In this document: positions 1 to 9,087 of the stretch, one piece after another
How positions within the stretch are numbered: position 1 is the stretch's first letter
How the letters are laid out: the number at the start of each line of letters is the position of its first letter
Source of the DNA: Salmonella phage vB-SalM-SJ2
Strand: one strand, 5' to 3'
Sequence record: KJ174317.1
DNA: 32,000 nucleotides
Position numbers and translations under genes: made by a program
The notes under the pieces: model-generated
The model's database searches: none
What the model was told of the DNA's origin: nothing
What the model saw: only the letters and a program-made list of their open reading frames with translations

Positions 1-2
1 TT

Positions 3-185
3 ATTTGCACCGATCACGCCGCTGGTATGGCTGCATTGCAAGCCCGTCAACGCAATGAAACCCGTGAAGCCACCATTGTTGAACAATCAAACCAGATATC
101 TAATCTGGAGGCAACAATCAAAATGATGGCTGAAAAGTTGGGGATTGAAATCCCCGAAGGAGGTCAGAATGGCGACGCAAGCTGA
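3..185 (+). CDS. C-terminal part of an unknown protein, truncated by the window edge
   Basis: Open frame from the window start (ICTDHAAGMAALQARQRNETREATIVEQSNQISNLEATIKMMAEKLGIEIPEGGQNGDAS*), coiled-coil-like; its end overlaps the next RBS and start. Confidence 0.55.
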   Translation: MCTDHAAGMAALQARQRNETREATIVEQSNQISNLEATIKMMAEKLGIEIPEGGQNGDAS

Positions 186-510
186 AAGAACGGGGCTTGA
201 CATCCGTGGTATCTTAACCGCTGTCGTGGCTTCTGCATTGGTCTCTGCGGCATCATTCCTTTGGTTCATGGGCGGGATGGAAACGCGCGTGAATGTATTG
301 GAACGAGATTCCAACAAGATGGATCAAGTTCTTCAGAAAGTGAATGACATGAGTGAACGTATGGCGATCATGAATACTGACCTCGCATATGTCAAACAAA
401 ACATGGCTGAGTTAAAACTCAATAGCAGCAGTCTTTCAGATGATGTTCGCACACTGCGGATTACTGTATCTGATTTACAGCAAAAGGGGAATAACAATGG
501 CCGTCAATAA
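169..510 (+). CDS. Small single-TM protein with coiled-coil-like C-terminal region, unknown function
   Basis: ATG at 169 preceded by ggaggt; hydrophobic segment GILTAVVASALVSAASFLWFMGG followed by a heptad-like region. The track start (TTG 145) is less likely. Confidence 0.7.
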   Translation: MATQAERTGLDIRGILTAVVASALVSAASFLWFMGGMETRVNVLERDSNKMDQVLQKVNDMSERMAIMNTDLAYVKQNMAELKLNSSSLSDDVRTLRITVSDLQQKGNNNGRQ

Positions 511-1249
511 GATTCGAGACAAAAAATCTTTTATGAATTATGTCTTGCGTAAATTGGGCGCTCCTGTGATCCAAATTAACCTTGACAGTTCACAAGTCGA
601 AGATGCAGTCGATGATGCTCTGCAGAAATTTTGGGAATATCATCGTGATGGTAGCCAAGATGCGTTCTTCCTGTACCAAGTTAAACAAGAAGATATCGAC
701 AAAGGATATATAGAATTTCCTGATGATATTGACGATGTGATTGAAGTTATCCCTGGACCTCCTATTGAGTCAATCGGAAACTGGGCAACTCCTCAATGGC
801 AAATGGCTCAAGCAATGCTTGTCCCCAAAGCAGCGCTGGTTTCTATTCGTCTCATTGATTATGTTTCCATGCAACAACGCCTGTCGGATATCACAAGCGT
901 CTTAAATGTTCGCCGTAATTTTGTGTACAAGAAGTTCCAGCGACGCCTTTACCCGCAGTTTGCTGCCATTGTTGATGAAACCCTGGCTTTTCGTTGTTAT
1001 CAAAATATCGACCCCGAATCAGAAGAAAACGCTGAAGCATGGAATGATATGTGGCTGAAAGCATATGCAACCGCTCTCGTCAAACGGCGTTGGGCAGAAG
1101 TGCTTAAGAAGGCAAGAGGCATCCGTCTCCCAGGTGGTATCGAATTGGATGGTGATAGTATGTTCAGTGAGGCTGAGACCGAGATAGAGCGGTTGGAGGA
1201 AGAATTGCGTACTGGTCAGCAATACCCCATTGATTTCATGATGGGATAA
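497..1249 (+). CDS. 13: Neck protein, T4 gp13-like
   Basis: Motif LRKLGAPVIQINLDSSQVEDAVDDALQKFWEYHRDG resembles gp13-like neck proteins; ATG at 497 preceded by aagggg; synteny with gp14 to gp17. Confidence 0.75.
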   Translation: MAVNKIRDKKSFMNYVLRKLGAPVIQINLDSSQVEDAVDDALQKFWEYHRDGSQDAFFLYQVKQEDIDKGYIEFPDDIDDVIEVIPGPPIESIGNWATPQWQMAQAMLVPKAALVSIRLIDYVSMQQRLSDITSVLNVRRNFVYKKFQRRLYPQFAAIVDETLAFRCYQNIDPESEENAEAWNDMWLKAYATALVKRRWAEVLKKARGIRLPGGIELDGDSMFSEAETEIERLEEELRTGQQYPIDFMMG

Positions 1250-1252
1250 GAA

Positions 1253-1280
1253 AGGGCGGATAATTCCGCCCTCTTTTTAG
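1253..1280. terminator. Probable bidirectional rho-independent terminator
   Basis: agggcgga-taat-tccgccct followed by cttttta, between convergent genes. Confidence 0.75.
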
Positions 1281-1489
1281 ATTTTTAAATCTCGACCAAA
1301 TGCTGTATTCAATGTCAAGATGTAACCGTCGACTACATTGTTACCATCCCACCATTCAATAAAATCATTACCTTTCTCGTCTTTGATAAGACCCACAATG
1401 TTATATGAACCATCGGCGATTTTAGCATCTACACAGATAATTCTCACACGCCTTCCGTCACGAGTTTCTTTAATATCTTCAACCTTCAT
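1277..1489 (-). CDS. Hypothetical protein, 70 aa
   Basis: ORF on minus strand filling the gap between gp13 and gp14 (MKVEDIKETRDGRRVRIICVDAKIADGSYNIVGLIKDEKGNDFIEWWDG...). Confidence 0.6.
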   Translation of the reverse strand: MKVEDIKETRDGRRVRIICVDAKIADGSYNIVGLIKDEKGNDFIEWWDGNNVVDGYILTLNTAFGRDLKI

Positions 1490-1520
1490 TTATCAATTCC
1501 TCAAAAGAATTAATGATTGA

Positions 1521-1527
1521 CTAAATA
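1521..1527 (+). promoter_or_regulatory. Putative T4-type late promoter core (CTAAATA)
   Basis: ctaaatacc 24 nt upstream of the gp14-like ATG; same heptamer occurs upstream of other genes. Confidence 0.5.
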
Positions 1528-1550
1528 CCTTCAAAATTGAGGGTAAAGTC

Positions 1551-2192
1551 ATGGCTACTTCAAAATATTTCAACTATACAGCACACCAAGGTACTCAGAA
1601 ATTAATTGACGACTTGGTGGTCGAGATGATACAACTACGTGGGATTGACGTCAAGTATATTCCACGTTCCATCGTTGAAAAATACCCAATTTTAAACGAG
1701 GCGGAACATAAATTCGACCAGGCGTTCGATATCGAAGTATACATGCAAGATTACCAAGGCTTCAACACCCAAATGTGGGAGAAGTTTGGCGGTATTCAAT
1801 TACAAGATGAAGTGACGTTCACCATTGCTCGTCGCCGTTTTTCGGAAGTGATTGGTAATGGGCCAGGACTTGAGCAGATGCCTCAAGAAGGTGATTTGAT
1901 ATACCTCCCAATGGCGAACAAGATATTCAAAGTGAATAACCCGAATAACGACGAAGAATTTATGCAATTCGGTAAATGGTACACATATTCCTTACCGTGC
2001 ACGTTGTTCCAATATGGTAATGAAGATTTTGATACTGGTGTATCTGAAATTGACGACATCGATAAACGTTTACAAGATCTAGACGGCGATGGTGTCTATA
2101 AAGATGCCAGTCTGCAGACAGATAACCAATTTGCGGACGAAATAGAGAAAGATCTTTCGCCCAATAAAATGAAGATAGACTTCGGGGAATAA
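1551..2192 (+). CDS. 14: Neck protein, T4 gp14-like
   Basis: Length, synteny, and sequence pattern (YFNYTAHQGTQKLIDDLVVEMIQLRGIDVKYIPR). Confidence 0.75.
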   Translation: MATSKYFNYTAHQGTQKLIDDLVVEMIQLRGIDVKYIPRSIVEKYPILNEAEHKFDQAFDIEVYMQDYQGFNTQMWEKFGGIQLQDEVTFTIARRRFSEVIGNGPGLEQMPQEGDLIYLPMANKIFKVNNPNNDEEFMQFGKWYTYSLPCTLFQYGNEDFDTGVSEIDDIDKRLQDLDGDGVYKDASLQTDNQFADEIEKDLSPNKMKIDFGE

Positions 2193-2194
2193 TC

Positions 2195-2893
2195 ATGGCC
2201 AGACCATTTGAAAAATATTTCTACCATGAATCGTTGTTGAAATACATTCATGTCTTCAACGCTATCATGTCAGATTTAAAAGTCAAAACCGAACGTGGCT
2301 TGATGGAAATCCCGCTGCATATGGCTATTGGCCGTCGCAATGACCTCAACAGGAACGTGCCAGCCAATATGCTGCCATTTGCGACTATGTCCTTCGGTCA
2401 ATTCGAAATTAATAAACAAGTGACCAAGTCGTATCATAATCAGATATCGACTGCAACTGCGCGGTCCAAACAACGAATTCCGATCATTATAGATTTTGAA
2501 TATAACATCAGAACAAAGAAACTGGTCGAAATGCTACAGGTGTTGGAACAAATTTATTCTGTGTTCACTCCTTCTATTGATTGTCAGATAAAAGACAACG
2601 ATACGTTATCTCAAGATCAAAACGTGAAGATCATGTTGACGTCCCATACCATTTCCGATAACTGGGAAGGGGATGCCGCTGAATCACCCCATATAGATTG
2701 CACCTTTAATTTTCAATTACATGGGCACATTTATGGCGAAGATTATTGGGTCGATGACGGCTCTGGCGGTGGTGATCCGAACGTTATCAAAGAGATAATT
2801 ATTGAAATGTCTAATGATTTGAACACGCCATGGTCGGAACTGCCTGAGTGGTTCCGAGTTGACAAAGATGGCATACATCATCCGGAGGATTGA
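2195..2893 (+). CDS. 15: Tail sheath stabilizer/completion protein, gp15-like
   Basis: Synteny between gp14 and gp16; MARPFEKYFYHESLLKYIHVFNAIMSDLKV resembles gp15-family N-termini. Confidence 0.65.
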   Translation: MARPFEKYFYHESLLKYIHVFNAIMSDLKVKTERGLMEIPLHMAIGRRNDLNRNVPANMLPFATMSFGQFEINKQVTKSYHNQISTATARSKQRIPIIIDFEYNIRTKKLVEMLQVLEQIYSVFTPSIDCQIKDNDTLSQDQNVKIMLTSHTISDNWEGDAAESPHIDCTFNFQLHGHIYGEDYWVDDGSGGGDPNVIKEIIIEMSNDLNTPWSELPEWFRVDKDGIHHPED

Positions 2894-2895
2894 TC

Positions 2896-3576
2896 ATGAG
2901 CAATATGTCAGAAAGGTTACTTGCGACGCTAGACGCGGTGACTGCCAGAGATGAAGTTGGTAAGGAGGCGATGGAAGCCGTCTCTCCACGTCCAGGTATT
3001 GACTTCGATGAAAAAACGGGCGAGTGGTTTGGTGAACGCCCAGAAGGTTATCAGCCGATTCCAGAACCTCCATCATTGGAAGATATCGCGTCCAAAGAAT
3101 CCAAGGTTCCGGAGTTTGCGGATACTGATGCCACAACAGATTACAAGCGAATACGCGATACGACATACGCCATGCAGGAAGCCACGATGTTCATGATGGG
3201 GCAAGCTGCTAAATTAGCTGCATCTACCGAAGCCCCAAGAGCGTTTTCCGTGTTTCGTGAATTGGGCGAACTCATGCGCGGCCTGAACAAAGACCTGATG
3301 GAAAACCAAAAAACCATCAAAGCTGTGACAGGGGATAAAGAACCGCCGACTGATGACACAACCGTGGATGTTACCACTTCACCCGACGGGACCACAACAG
3401 TATCTGTTGGGAAGAAAGCAAGATCTTCGCGCGATTTATTGAAAACGATCGAAGATGCACGCCGCCGCGCTGAAGAACGCGCTCAGGCAAAAGCCACCCA
3501 ACAAACCGAAGATGAAATTATCGACGGAGAAACGGTTGACGTGAAGGAAGAAGACGATGGCGTATCAGAAGCGTGA
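2896..3576 (+). CDS. 16: Terminase small subunit, gp16-like
   Basis: Immediately upstream of and overlapping the large terminase gene; acidic and coiled C-terminus; ATG 2896 with ggagg upstream. Confidence 0.65.
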   Translation: MSNMSERLLATLDAVTARDEVGKEAMEAVSPRPGIDFDEKTGEWFGERPEGYQPIPEPPSLEDIASKESKVPEFADTDATTDYKRIRDTTYAMQEATMFMMGQAAKLAASTEAPRAFSVFRELGELMRGLNKDLMENQKTIKAVTGDKEPPTDDTTVDVTTSPDGTTTVSVGKKARSSRDLLKTIEDARRRAEERAQAKATQQTEDEIIDGETVDVKEEDDGVSEA

Positions 3577-5767
3577 TATAGAATATGCTCCGATAAAAAC
3601 GGGGTTTAAAATCGACGACGTGAAATTGCGTATGGACCAGACGTTCATGCGCAAGCCTTCTGTGCGCGCTCCACGAGTCGAGTTGATGCTAACAGATGAA
3701 CAAGAAGACGAATTTGTTGAATGTTCAATGGACGCACATTACTTCGCTGCCAATTACTACAAGATAACGACAATCGATAAAGGCTTCATCCTTTTCGATA
3801 TGCATGATTATCAGAAACAATTGTTCCATGACTTTCAGGACTATCGATTCAATGCGGTCGTCCAGGCTCGTCAGTCCGGTAAATGCGTCCGTGGTGATAC
3901 TCTTGTTTATGTCTATGATACAGTCAGTCAACAAGAGTTGCATCTCACCATAGAAGAGCTTCACAAGCGCTTCGAAGGACCGAACCATGCTGTGCCACTG
4001 AATACCATTGGCAACCACAATAAGTTTGTAGACAGCCGTTTCGGGAAACGATATTTTGTTGAGTCCGACACTGGCTGGGTTCCGGTTATTGCCGCTCATA
4101 AAACGAAAGAATACGCTGAATACGTGGTCAGGACTGAAACCGGACGCACAATTCATGTCGCAGATGAGCACATGTTCTTCAATGAATATGGGCGCGAAGT
4201 ATTTGCTAAAGACATGGAGGCCGGAGATGCCATAATGACCCAGGAGGGAATAGAATTCATCTCTGAGATCTGGGAGACTGGTGAGTACCACCACATGTAT
4301 GACTTGCAAGTCAAGTCCAGCGATCAACGTTATTACACGAATGGGTTCCTCAGCCATAATACCACGGTCGTGGCTGCGTTTCTTCTTTGGTATGCGATGT
4401 TCCACTCAGACAAAGAAATCGCGGTACTGGCAAACAAAGAGAAACAAGCGATTGAAATTCTTGACCGTATCAGGAAGGCGTATCAGGACCTCCCATTCTT
4501 CCTTCAGCAGGGTTGTGAGAAGTTTGGTTCTACACTGATAGAGTTTGAGAACGGCTCTAAGATATATGCTTATGCAACGTCTTCGGACTCTATTCGTGGT
4601 CGTTCTGTATCTCTCTTGTACGTGGACGAAGTCGCGTTCATCGAAAATGACTTTGAATTTTGGGAGTCAACATTCCCAGCGATCGCATCTGCCGATACTT
4701 CACGTTGTATTCTGACCAGTACTCCGAAAGGCCAGCGAGGGTTGTTCTATGATATCGTCACCAAAGCAGACCCGCGCCATCCACAATACAACGATTTCCA
4801 TCTTACCGAAGTCCCTTGGTACAAGGTTCCGGCGTACACCAAAGACCCTGATTGGGAAACCAAACAACGCGCTCGTCTGGGGGATGCCCGTTTTGACCAG
4901 GAATTTGGAATCAAGTTCCGTGGTTCTGTAGGTTCATTGATACCAGCCAAATGCTTGGATAAAATGACATCCAAGTTATATCGAGAGCCTAATGAGTTCA
5001 CCAAAATTTACAAGGAATATGACCCGCAACGCATCTACTTCGGGATCGCAGATACGGGGAAAGGTGTTGAAGGAGATTATTCGGTTCTGACAATTCTAGA
5101 TATAACGGAATACCCGCATGTCATAGCGGCCAAGTACAGGAACAATACAATACCTCCGATGATGTATGCATACACGATAGCTGATATGTGTACTGAATAC
5201 GGGGAATGCCCTGTCCTTGTCGAGACGAATAACGACGTTGGTGGTCAGGTTATCACGATCTTGTATCAAGAAATTGAGTATCCAGAGATCATATTCACGT
5301 CGACGGATAACAAAGGGACAGGGAAACGGATTGGTGGTCGTAAACCAGAGCCAGGCATTAACACCAACAGGAAAGTGCGATCTATTGGTTGTGCTAACCT
5401 GAAAGCGCTTATTGAGAAAGAAATGTTGGTGATTGAAGATCAAGACACGATAGATGAACTCAGCACATTCGTGTTCCGTGGTGCGCGTTATGAAGCAGAT
5501 GATGGATGTCACGACGACTGCGTTATGCCGTTGGTATTATATTCTTGGGCAGTTAAACAAGAATGGTTCAGTGATCTGACTTCTACCAGTATTTCCCAAG
5601 ACATGAGAAATAGAATGTCTTCGACTGAGTCACAACAAGTATTCCCATTTGGTGGTTTAGTCGTGGGAGACACTCCATCTGGAACTGAGCATCTCCCTGG
5701 GTTCGGTGGTGTTCAAGTCTTCGACGAACGTTCAGGGATGACAATGGACGAGTGGTTTAAGAATTGA
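3557..5767 (+). CDS. 17: Terminase large subunit (gp17-like) containing an in-frame intein; predicted mature length 577 aa
   Basis: Walker A QARQSGK/TTVVAAFLLW reconstituted on removing the intein; Walker B-like SVSLLYVDEVAFIE; motif CILTSTPKGQRG; C-terminal nuclease region RIYFGIADTGKGVEGDYSVLTILD. Confidence 0.95.
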   Translation: MAYQKRDIEYAPIKTGFKIDDVKLRMDQTFMRKPSVRAPRVELMLTDEQEDEFVECSMDAHYFAANYYKITTIDKGFILFDMHDYQKQLFHDFQDYRFNAVVQARQSGKCVRGDTLVYVYDTVSQQELHLTIEELHKRFEGPNHAVPLNTIGNHNKFVDSRFGKRYFVESDTGWVPVIAAHKTKEYAEYVVRTETGRTIHVADEHMFFNEYGREVFAKDMEAGDAIMTQEGIEFISEIWETGEYHHMYDLQVKSSDQRYYTNGFLSHNTTVVAAFLLWYAMFHSDKEIAVLANKEKQAIEILDRIRKAYQDLPFFLQQGCEKFGSTLIEFENGSKIYAYATSSDSIRGRSVSLLYVDEVAFIENDFEFWESTFPAIASADTSRCILTSTPKGQRGLFYDIVTKADPRHPQYNDFHLTEVPWYKVPAYTKDPDWETKQRARLGDARFDQEFGIKFRGSVGSLIPAKCLDKMTSKLYREPNEFTKIYKEYDPQRIYFGIADTGKGVEGDYSVLTILDITEYPHVIAAKYRNNTIPPMMYAYTIADMCTEYGECPVLVETNNDVGGQVITILYQEIEYPEIIFTSTDNKGTGKRIGGRKPEPGINTNRKVRSIGCANLKALIEKEMLVIEDQDTIDELSTFVFRGARYEADDGCHDDCVMPLVLYSWAVKQEWFSDLTSTSISQDMRNRMSSTESQQVFPFGGLVVGDTPSGTEHLPGFGGVQVFDERSGMTMDEWFKN
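3884..4360 (+). other. Mini-intein (159 aa) inserted between K and T of the terminase Walker A motif
   Basis: Starts CVRGDTLVYV (Cys1, block A), block B-like TIHVADEHMFF, blocks F/G MYDLQVKSSDQRYYTNGFLSHN with terminal His-Asn, followed by Thr+1. No homing endonuclease domain. Confidence 0.93.
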
Positions 5768-5770
5768 TCA

Positions 5771-5777
5771 CTAAATA
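5771..5777 (+). promoter_or_regulatory. Putative late promoter core (CTAAATA)
   Basis: cactaaatatc about 43 nt upstream of the gp18 ATG. Confidence 0.5.
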
Positions 5778-5819
5778 TCTTTCAAATTGAGCGAAACTCT
5801 ACCGAGAAGGAATAACATT

Positions 5820-7715
5820 ATGGCAACTCAAAGCTTCAGCGTTGCGCCGTCCGTACAGTGGACTGAGCGTGATGCCACGCTTCAGACTTCTCCGTCCGTG
5901 GTTGTTCAGGGCGCGACAGTCGGCAAATTTCAATGGGGTGAAGTCGAACTCCCAGTGCTGGTGACTGGTGGTGAGACGGGTTTGGTGAAGAAATTCTTCA
6001 AACCTAATGACAGCACTGCGACAGATTTCCTTGTGATTGCAGACTTTTTGTCTTACAGCTCTATGGCATGGGTGACTCGTGTTGTTGGTCCTCTGGCCAA
6101 GAACTCTGTCACCAAAGGCCAGACAGCCATCACGATCAAAAACAAGCTGGATTTTGAAACAGCAAGTCCGTCAGCGTCTATCACTTGGGCTGGTCGTTAT
6201 CCAGGATCTCTGGGGAATGACATCGCCATCAATGTTTGTGACTCTGCTGGATTCCCGACCTGGGAATTCCGTAACAACTTTGCGTACGCACCTCAGTCTG
6301 GTGAATTCCATGTTGTGGTTGTAGACAAAGTTGGGCGCATTACTGACTCTGCAGGCGCAGTCGGTCAGGTTGACCGTATATCTGTTTCTGGCACGGCAAC
6401 TGCAGCTGGCACCATCAGTGTGGCAGGTGAAGATATCGCATATCTGGATACTGATACTCCGGCCACTTTGGCGACCAAAATTGGCGCGGCGCTGACGGCG
6501 CTGACAGATGTTTATTCTTCTGTCGTTGTTAAGTCTAACACTGTCATCGTGACCCATAAAGCTATTGGTCCCCAGACAGTTACTGCTATTGTTCCAGATG
6601 ATAAGGGGCTGACTGCAACCGCCGTGATTACCACTGTTGGTGCATCTGGTTCTATTATCGAAAAATACGAACTCATGCAGAACACACAGGGTTCCAAAAA
6701 GTCCGATGGCGCGAATGCGTACTTCAAAGATGTTATCAATGATACATCAAATTGGGTGTACACCTTCGCTACCGCTCTGGCCGCAGGTGTTGTTGAATTA
6801 GAAGGCGGCGTAGACGACTACAATATCAACCGTGTCGCGGCTATCCAAGTTCTGAACAACGCCGAAGCATATGATGCGAAGCCAGTATTTGCATACTGTG
6901 AAGAGTTGATTGAACAACAGGCATTAATCGACTTGTCTACCGAGCGAAAAGACACCGTTTCCTTCGTGTCGCCTTTGCGTGATACTGTGGTCGGCAACCG
7001 TGGCCGTGAGATGGACGATGTGGTCGCTTGGCGTGAAAGTCTGGTGCGTGACTCCTCCTATTTCTTCATGGACGACAACTGGGCATACGTGTACGATAAA
7101 TACAACGATAAGATGCGCTGGATCCCTGCTTGCGGCGGTACAGCGGGTGTTTGGGCACGTAGTATTGAAATCGCGGGTATCTACAAATCTCCTGCGTTCC
7201 ACAACCGTGGCAAATACAACAACTACAATCGAATGGCGTGGTCTGCGTCTTCCGATGAACGTGCCGTGTTGTACCGCAACCAGATTAACAGCATCGTGAC
7301 CTTCTCCAATGAAGGTATCGTGTTGTATGGTGACAAAACTGGTCTGACTCGTCCGTCTGCTTTCGATCGTATCAATGTTCGCGGTCTGTTTATTATGGCA
7401 GAACAGAACATCGCTGCAATCGCCAAATATTACCTTGGTGAGAACAATGATGCGTTCACTCGCAGTCTGTTCAGCAACGCTGTTCGTCCTTATATTCGCC
7501 AACTGGCAAATATGGGTGCGATCTACGATGGTAAAGTCAAGTGTGACGAAGATAACAACACTGCTGATGTTATCGCAGCCAACACCATGGTTGCAGGCAT
7601 TTGGTTGAAGCCTGAGTACAGCATTAATTGGGTATATTTGGATTTTGCTGCAGTTCGACCAGATATGGAATTCTCCGAGATCGAATCAGGCGGCGGCATC
7701 GTTGCTGCATCCTAA
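5820..7715 (+). CDS. 18: Tail sheath protein, gp18-like
   Basis: MATQSFSVAPSVQWTERDATLQTSPSVVVQGATVGKFQWGEVELPVLV...; C-terminal QNIAAIAKYYLGENNDAFTRSLFSNAVRPYIRQLANMGAI is typical of myovirus sheath proteins. Confidence 0.93.
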   Translation: MATQSFSVAPSVQWTERDATLQTSPSVVVQGATVGKFQWGEVELPVLVTGGETGLVKKFFKPNDSTATDFLVIADFLSYSSMAWVTRVVGPLAKNSVTKGQTAITIKNKLDFETASPSASITWAGRYPGSLGNDIAINVCDSAGFPTWEFRNNFAYAPQSGEFHVVVVDKVGRITDSAGAVGQVDRISVSGTATAAGTISVAGEDIAYLDTDTPATLATKIGAALTALTDVYSSVVVKSNTVIVTHKAIGPQTVTAIVPDDKGLTATAVITTVGASGSIIEKYELMQNTQGSKKSDGANAYFKDVINDTSNWVYTFATALAAGVVELEGGVDDYNINRVAAIQVLNNAEAYDAKPVFAYCEELIEQQALIDLSTERKDTVSFVSPLRDTVVGNRGREMDDVVAWRESLVRDSSYFFMDDNWAYVYDKYNDKMRWIPACGGTAGVWARSIEIAGIYKSPAFHNRGKYNNYNRMAWSASSDERAVLYRNQINSIVTFSNEGIVLYGDKTGLTRPSAFDRINVRGLFIMAEQNIAAIAKYYLGENNDAFTRSLFSNAVRPYIRQLANMGAIYDGKVKCDEDNNTADVIAANTMVAGIWLKPEYSINWVYLDFAAVRPDMEFSEIESGGGIVAAS

Positions 7716-7721
7716 GACAAC

Positions 7722-7745
7722 AACCCCGCTTCGGCGGGGTTTTTA
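7722..7745 (+). terminator. Rho-independent terminator after gp18
   Basis: aaccccgc-ttcg-gcggggtt followed by ttt. Confidence 0.88.
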
Positions 7746-8531
7746 TTTCCTACTGATATGCCATCCTGTGGTATTTGTTCTCTTCAATGAAGATTTCCTG
7801 TAAGGTTTAGGGATGGGATTCTGCATCCTTCCAGCTAATGCCATGTTGAAAGATTCTATACACAAACATTGTTCTTGACAAAATTTGTTTAGATTCTTGA
7901 TTTCATATTCTTCACCAGCTGGTGAAAGAAGTGTAAACCATCTCCCGAGAGATCGATTTATTTTCTCTTGAAATTCAGGATTCATACGCACTTTGTTCAT
8001 AGCGATACGAAGATTTTCTTTACATTTTGGATTCTCGTATGCCTTTGTAATTCGCCGGGATTGCAATTCTTTCTTTTCTTCTGTCCACACGACCGCTTGG
8101 GATTGGGACATTTTTGTTTTACTTTCTTCTTTATGTACTAAACCGTATTGTTTTGCCACAAACAAAACATTCCAACCAGCATCATTAACTGGTTTCATTC
8201 CGATGAATTCCCTGCTTTCTATATCATATGCTGCGGCCATACCAGATATGTCTATCTGACCGCCACGGCTGATATTCAGCCCACCTTCAGAGATATGAGT
8301 CTTATGCAATTTTATGAGTTCAATTTCGTTAGAGTTTAGGTCATCGACATGGCATTCCAGCAATATTTCTTGGCTGGTAATTCCATACTTTCGGATATAG
8401 TTGTAGAGGATAGTTTTATTCCCTCTTCTTGCTTCACCCAAATGTTCATTTACTCGATACTCAACGCCGTTTCTAGTTTGTCCGATATACTTCTTTTTAC
8501 CGACGGTTAACATGTAGATATGACCGATCAT
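7743..8531 (-). CDS. GIY-YIG family homing-type endonuclease
   Basis: MIGHIYMLTVGKKKYIGQTRNGVEYRVNEHL (GIY...YIG...R...H); start ATG 8531 with ggaggt upstream; NUMOD-like lysine/arginine-rich C-terminal region. Confidence 0.85.
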   Translation of the reverse strand: MIGHIYMLTVGKKKYIGQTRNGVEYRVNEHLGEARRGNKTILYNYIRKYGITSQEILLECHVDDLNSNEIELIKLHKTHISEGGLNISRGGQIDISGMAAAYDIESREFIGMKPVNDAGWNVLFVAKQYGLVHKEESKTKMSQSQAVVWTEEKKELQSRRITKAYENPKCKENLRIAMNKVRMNPEFQEKINRSLGRWFTLLSPAGEEYEIKNLNKFCQEQCLCIESFNMALAGRMQNPIPKPYRKSSLKRTNTTGWHISRK

Positions 8532-8572
8532 ATAACACCTCCAAGAGCATAATACCCCGAAATTGTTCAACA

Positions 8573-8579
8573 CTAAATA
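8573..8579 (+). promoter_or_regulatory. Putative late promoter core (CTAAATA)
   Basis: cactaaataaa 26 nt upstream of ATG 8599. Confidence 0.45.
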
Positions 8580-8598
8580 AAATAGAGGTGAATTTGAA

Positions 8599-9057
8599 AT
8601 GATATACGCATACAAAATTGAAATGGTTTGTAATGGAAAGGTCTACATCGGTGTGACCAATGACCCACAACGAAGATATGATCAGCATTTTGCGAATGCC
8701 TTTCATTATGGAGTCCAAAGTGAATTGTATGACGCCATGCGTAAGTATGGAACATCTGGATTTACTTTCGTTGTAATTGCTCAGACCGATGAAGTCCATA
8801 AATGGGAATTAGAGAAGCAACTCATCGCTCAATATAATTCTTATGAGATGGGTTACAACATGAATAAAGGCGGTAATGATGGAAGTCATATGCTGGGTAA
8901 AACTGCAGCAAAATTGACATCCACAGGTGAACACATTGGTCTTGTTTCTCTCATAGATCCCCGTTGGGAATTGTGTGAAATCGAACCTGTTTCAAGTAAT
9001 GTTCATCATGGTTTCGATCTTTCTTCTATGAAGATTAAAAGATTGACGACTAATTAG
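8599..9057 (+). CDS. Small GIY-YIG family endonuclease
   Basis: MIYAYKIEMVCNGKVYIGVTNDPQRRYDQHF...YDAMRKYG. Confidence 0.85.
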   Translation: MIYAYKIEMVCNGKVYIGVTNDPQRRYDQHFANAFHYGVQSELYDAMRKYGTSGFTFVVIAQTDEVHKWELEKQLIAQYNSYEMGYNMNKGGNDGSHMLGKTAAKLTSTGEHIGLVSLIDPRWELCEIEPVSSNVHHGFDLSSMKIKRLTTN

Positions 9058-9087
9058 AATTGTGTACTCTTATTTGGAGATATAAAA

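Noticed and set aside
3725-4405. 226-aa minus-strand ORF overlapping the intein and terminase
   Set aside because: Fully antisense to a confident coding region with intein and Walker motifs; no RBS or recognisable motif; long mirror ORFs are expected here.
3557-5767. Group I intron or frameshift as explanation for the 159-aa insertion in terminase
   Set aside because: The insertion is perfectly in frame, protein-coding, and carries Cys1/HN/Thr+1 intein signatures, so an intein explains it better.
6924-7502. 192-aa minus-strand ORF in the tail sheath gene
   Set aside because: Antisense shadow of gp18, low-complexity sequence, no independent signal.
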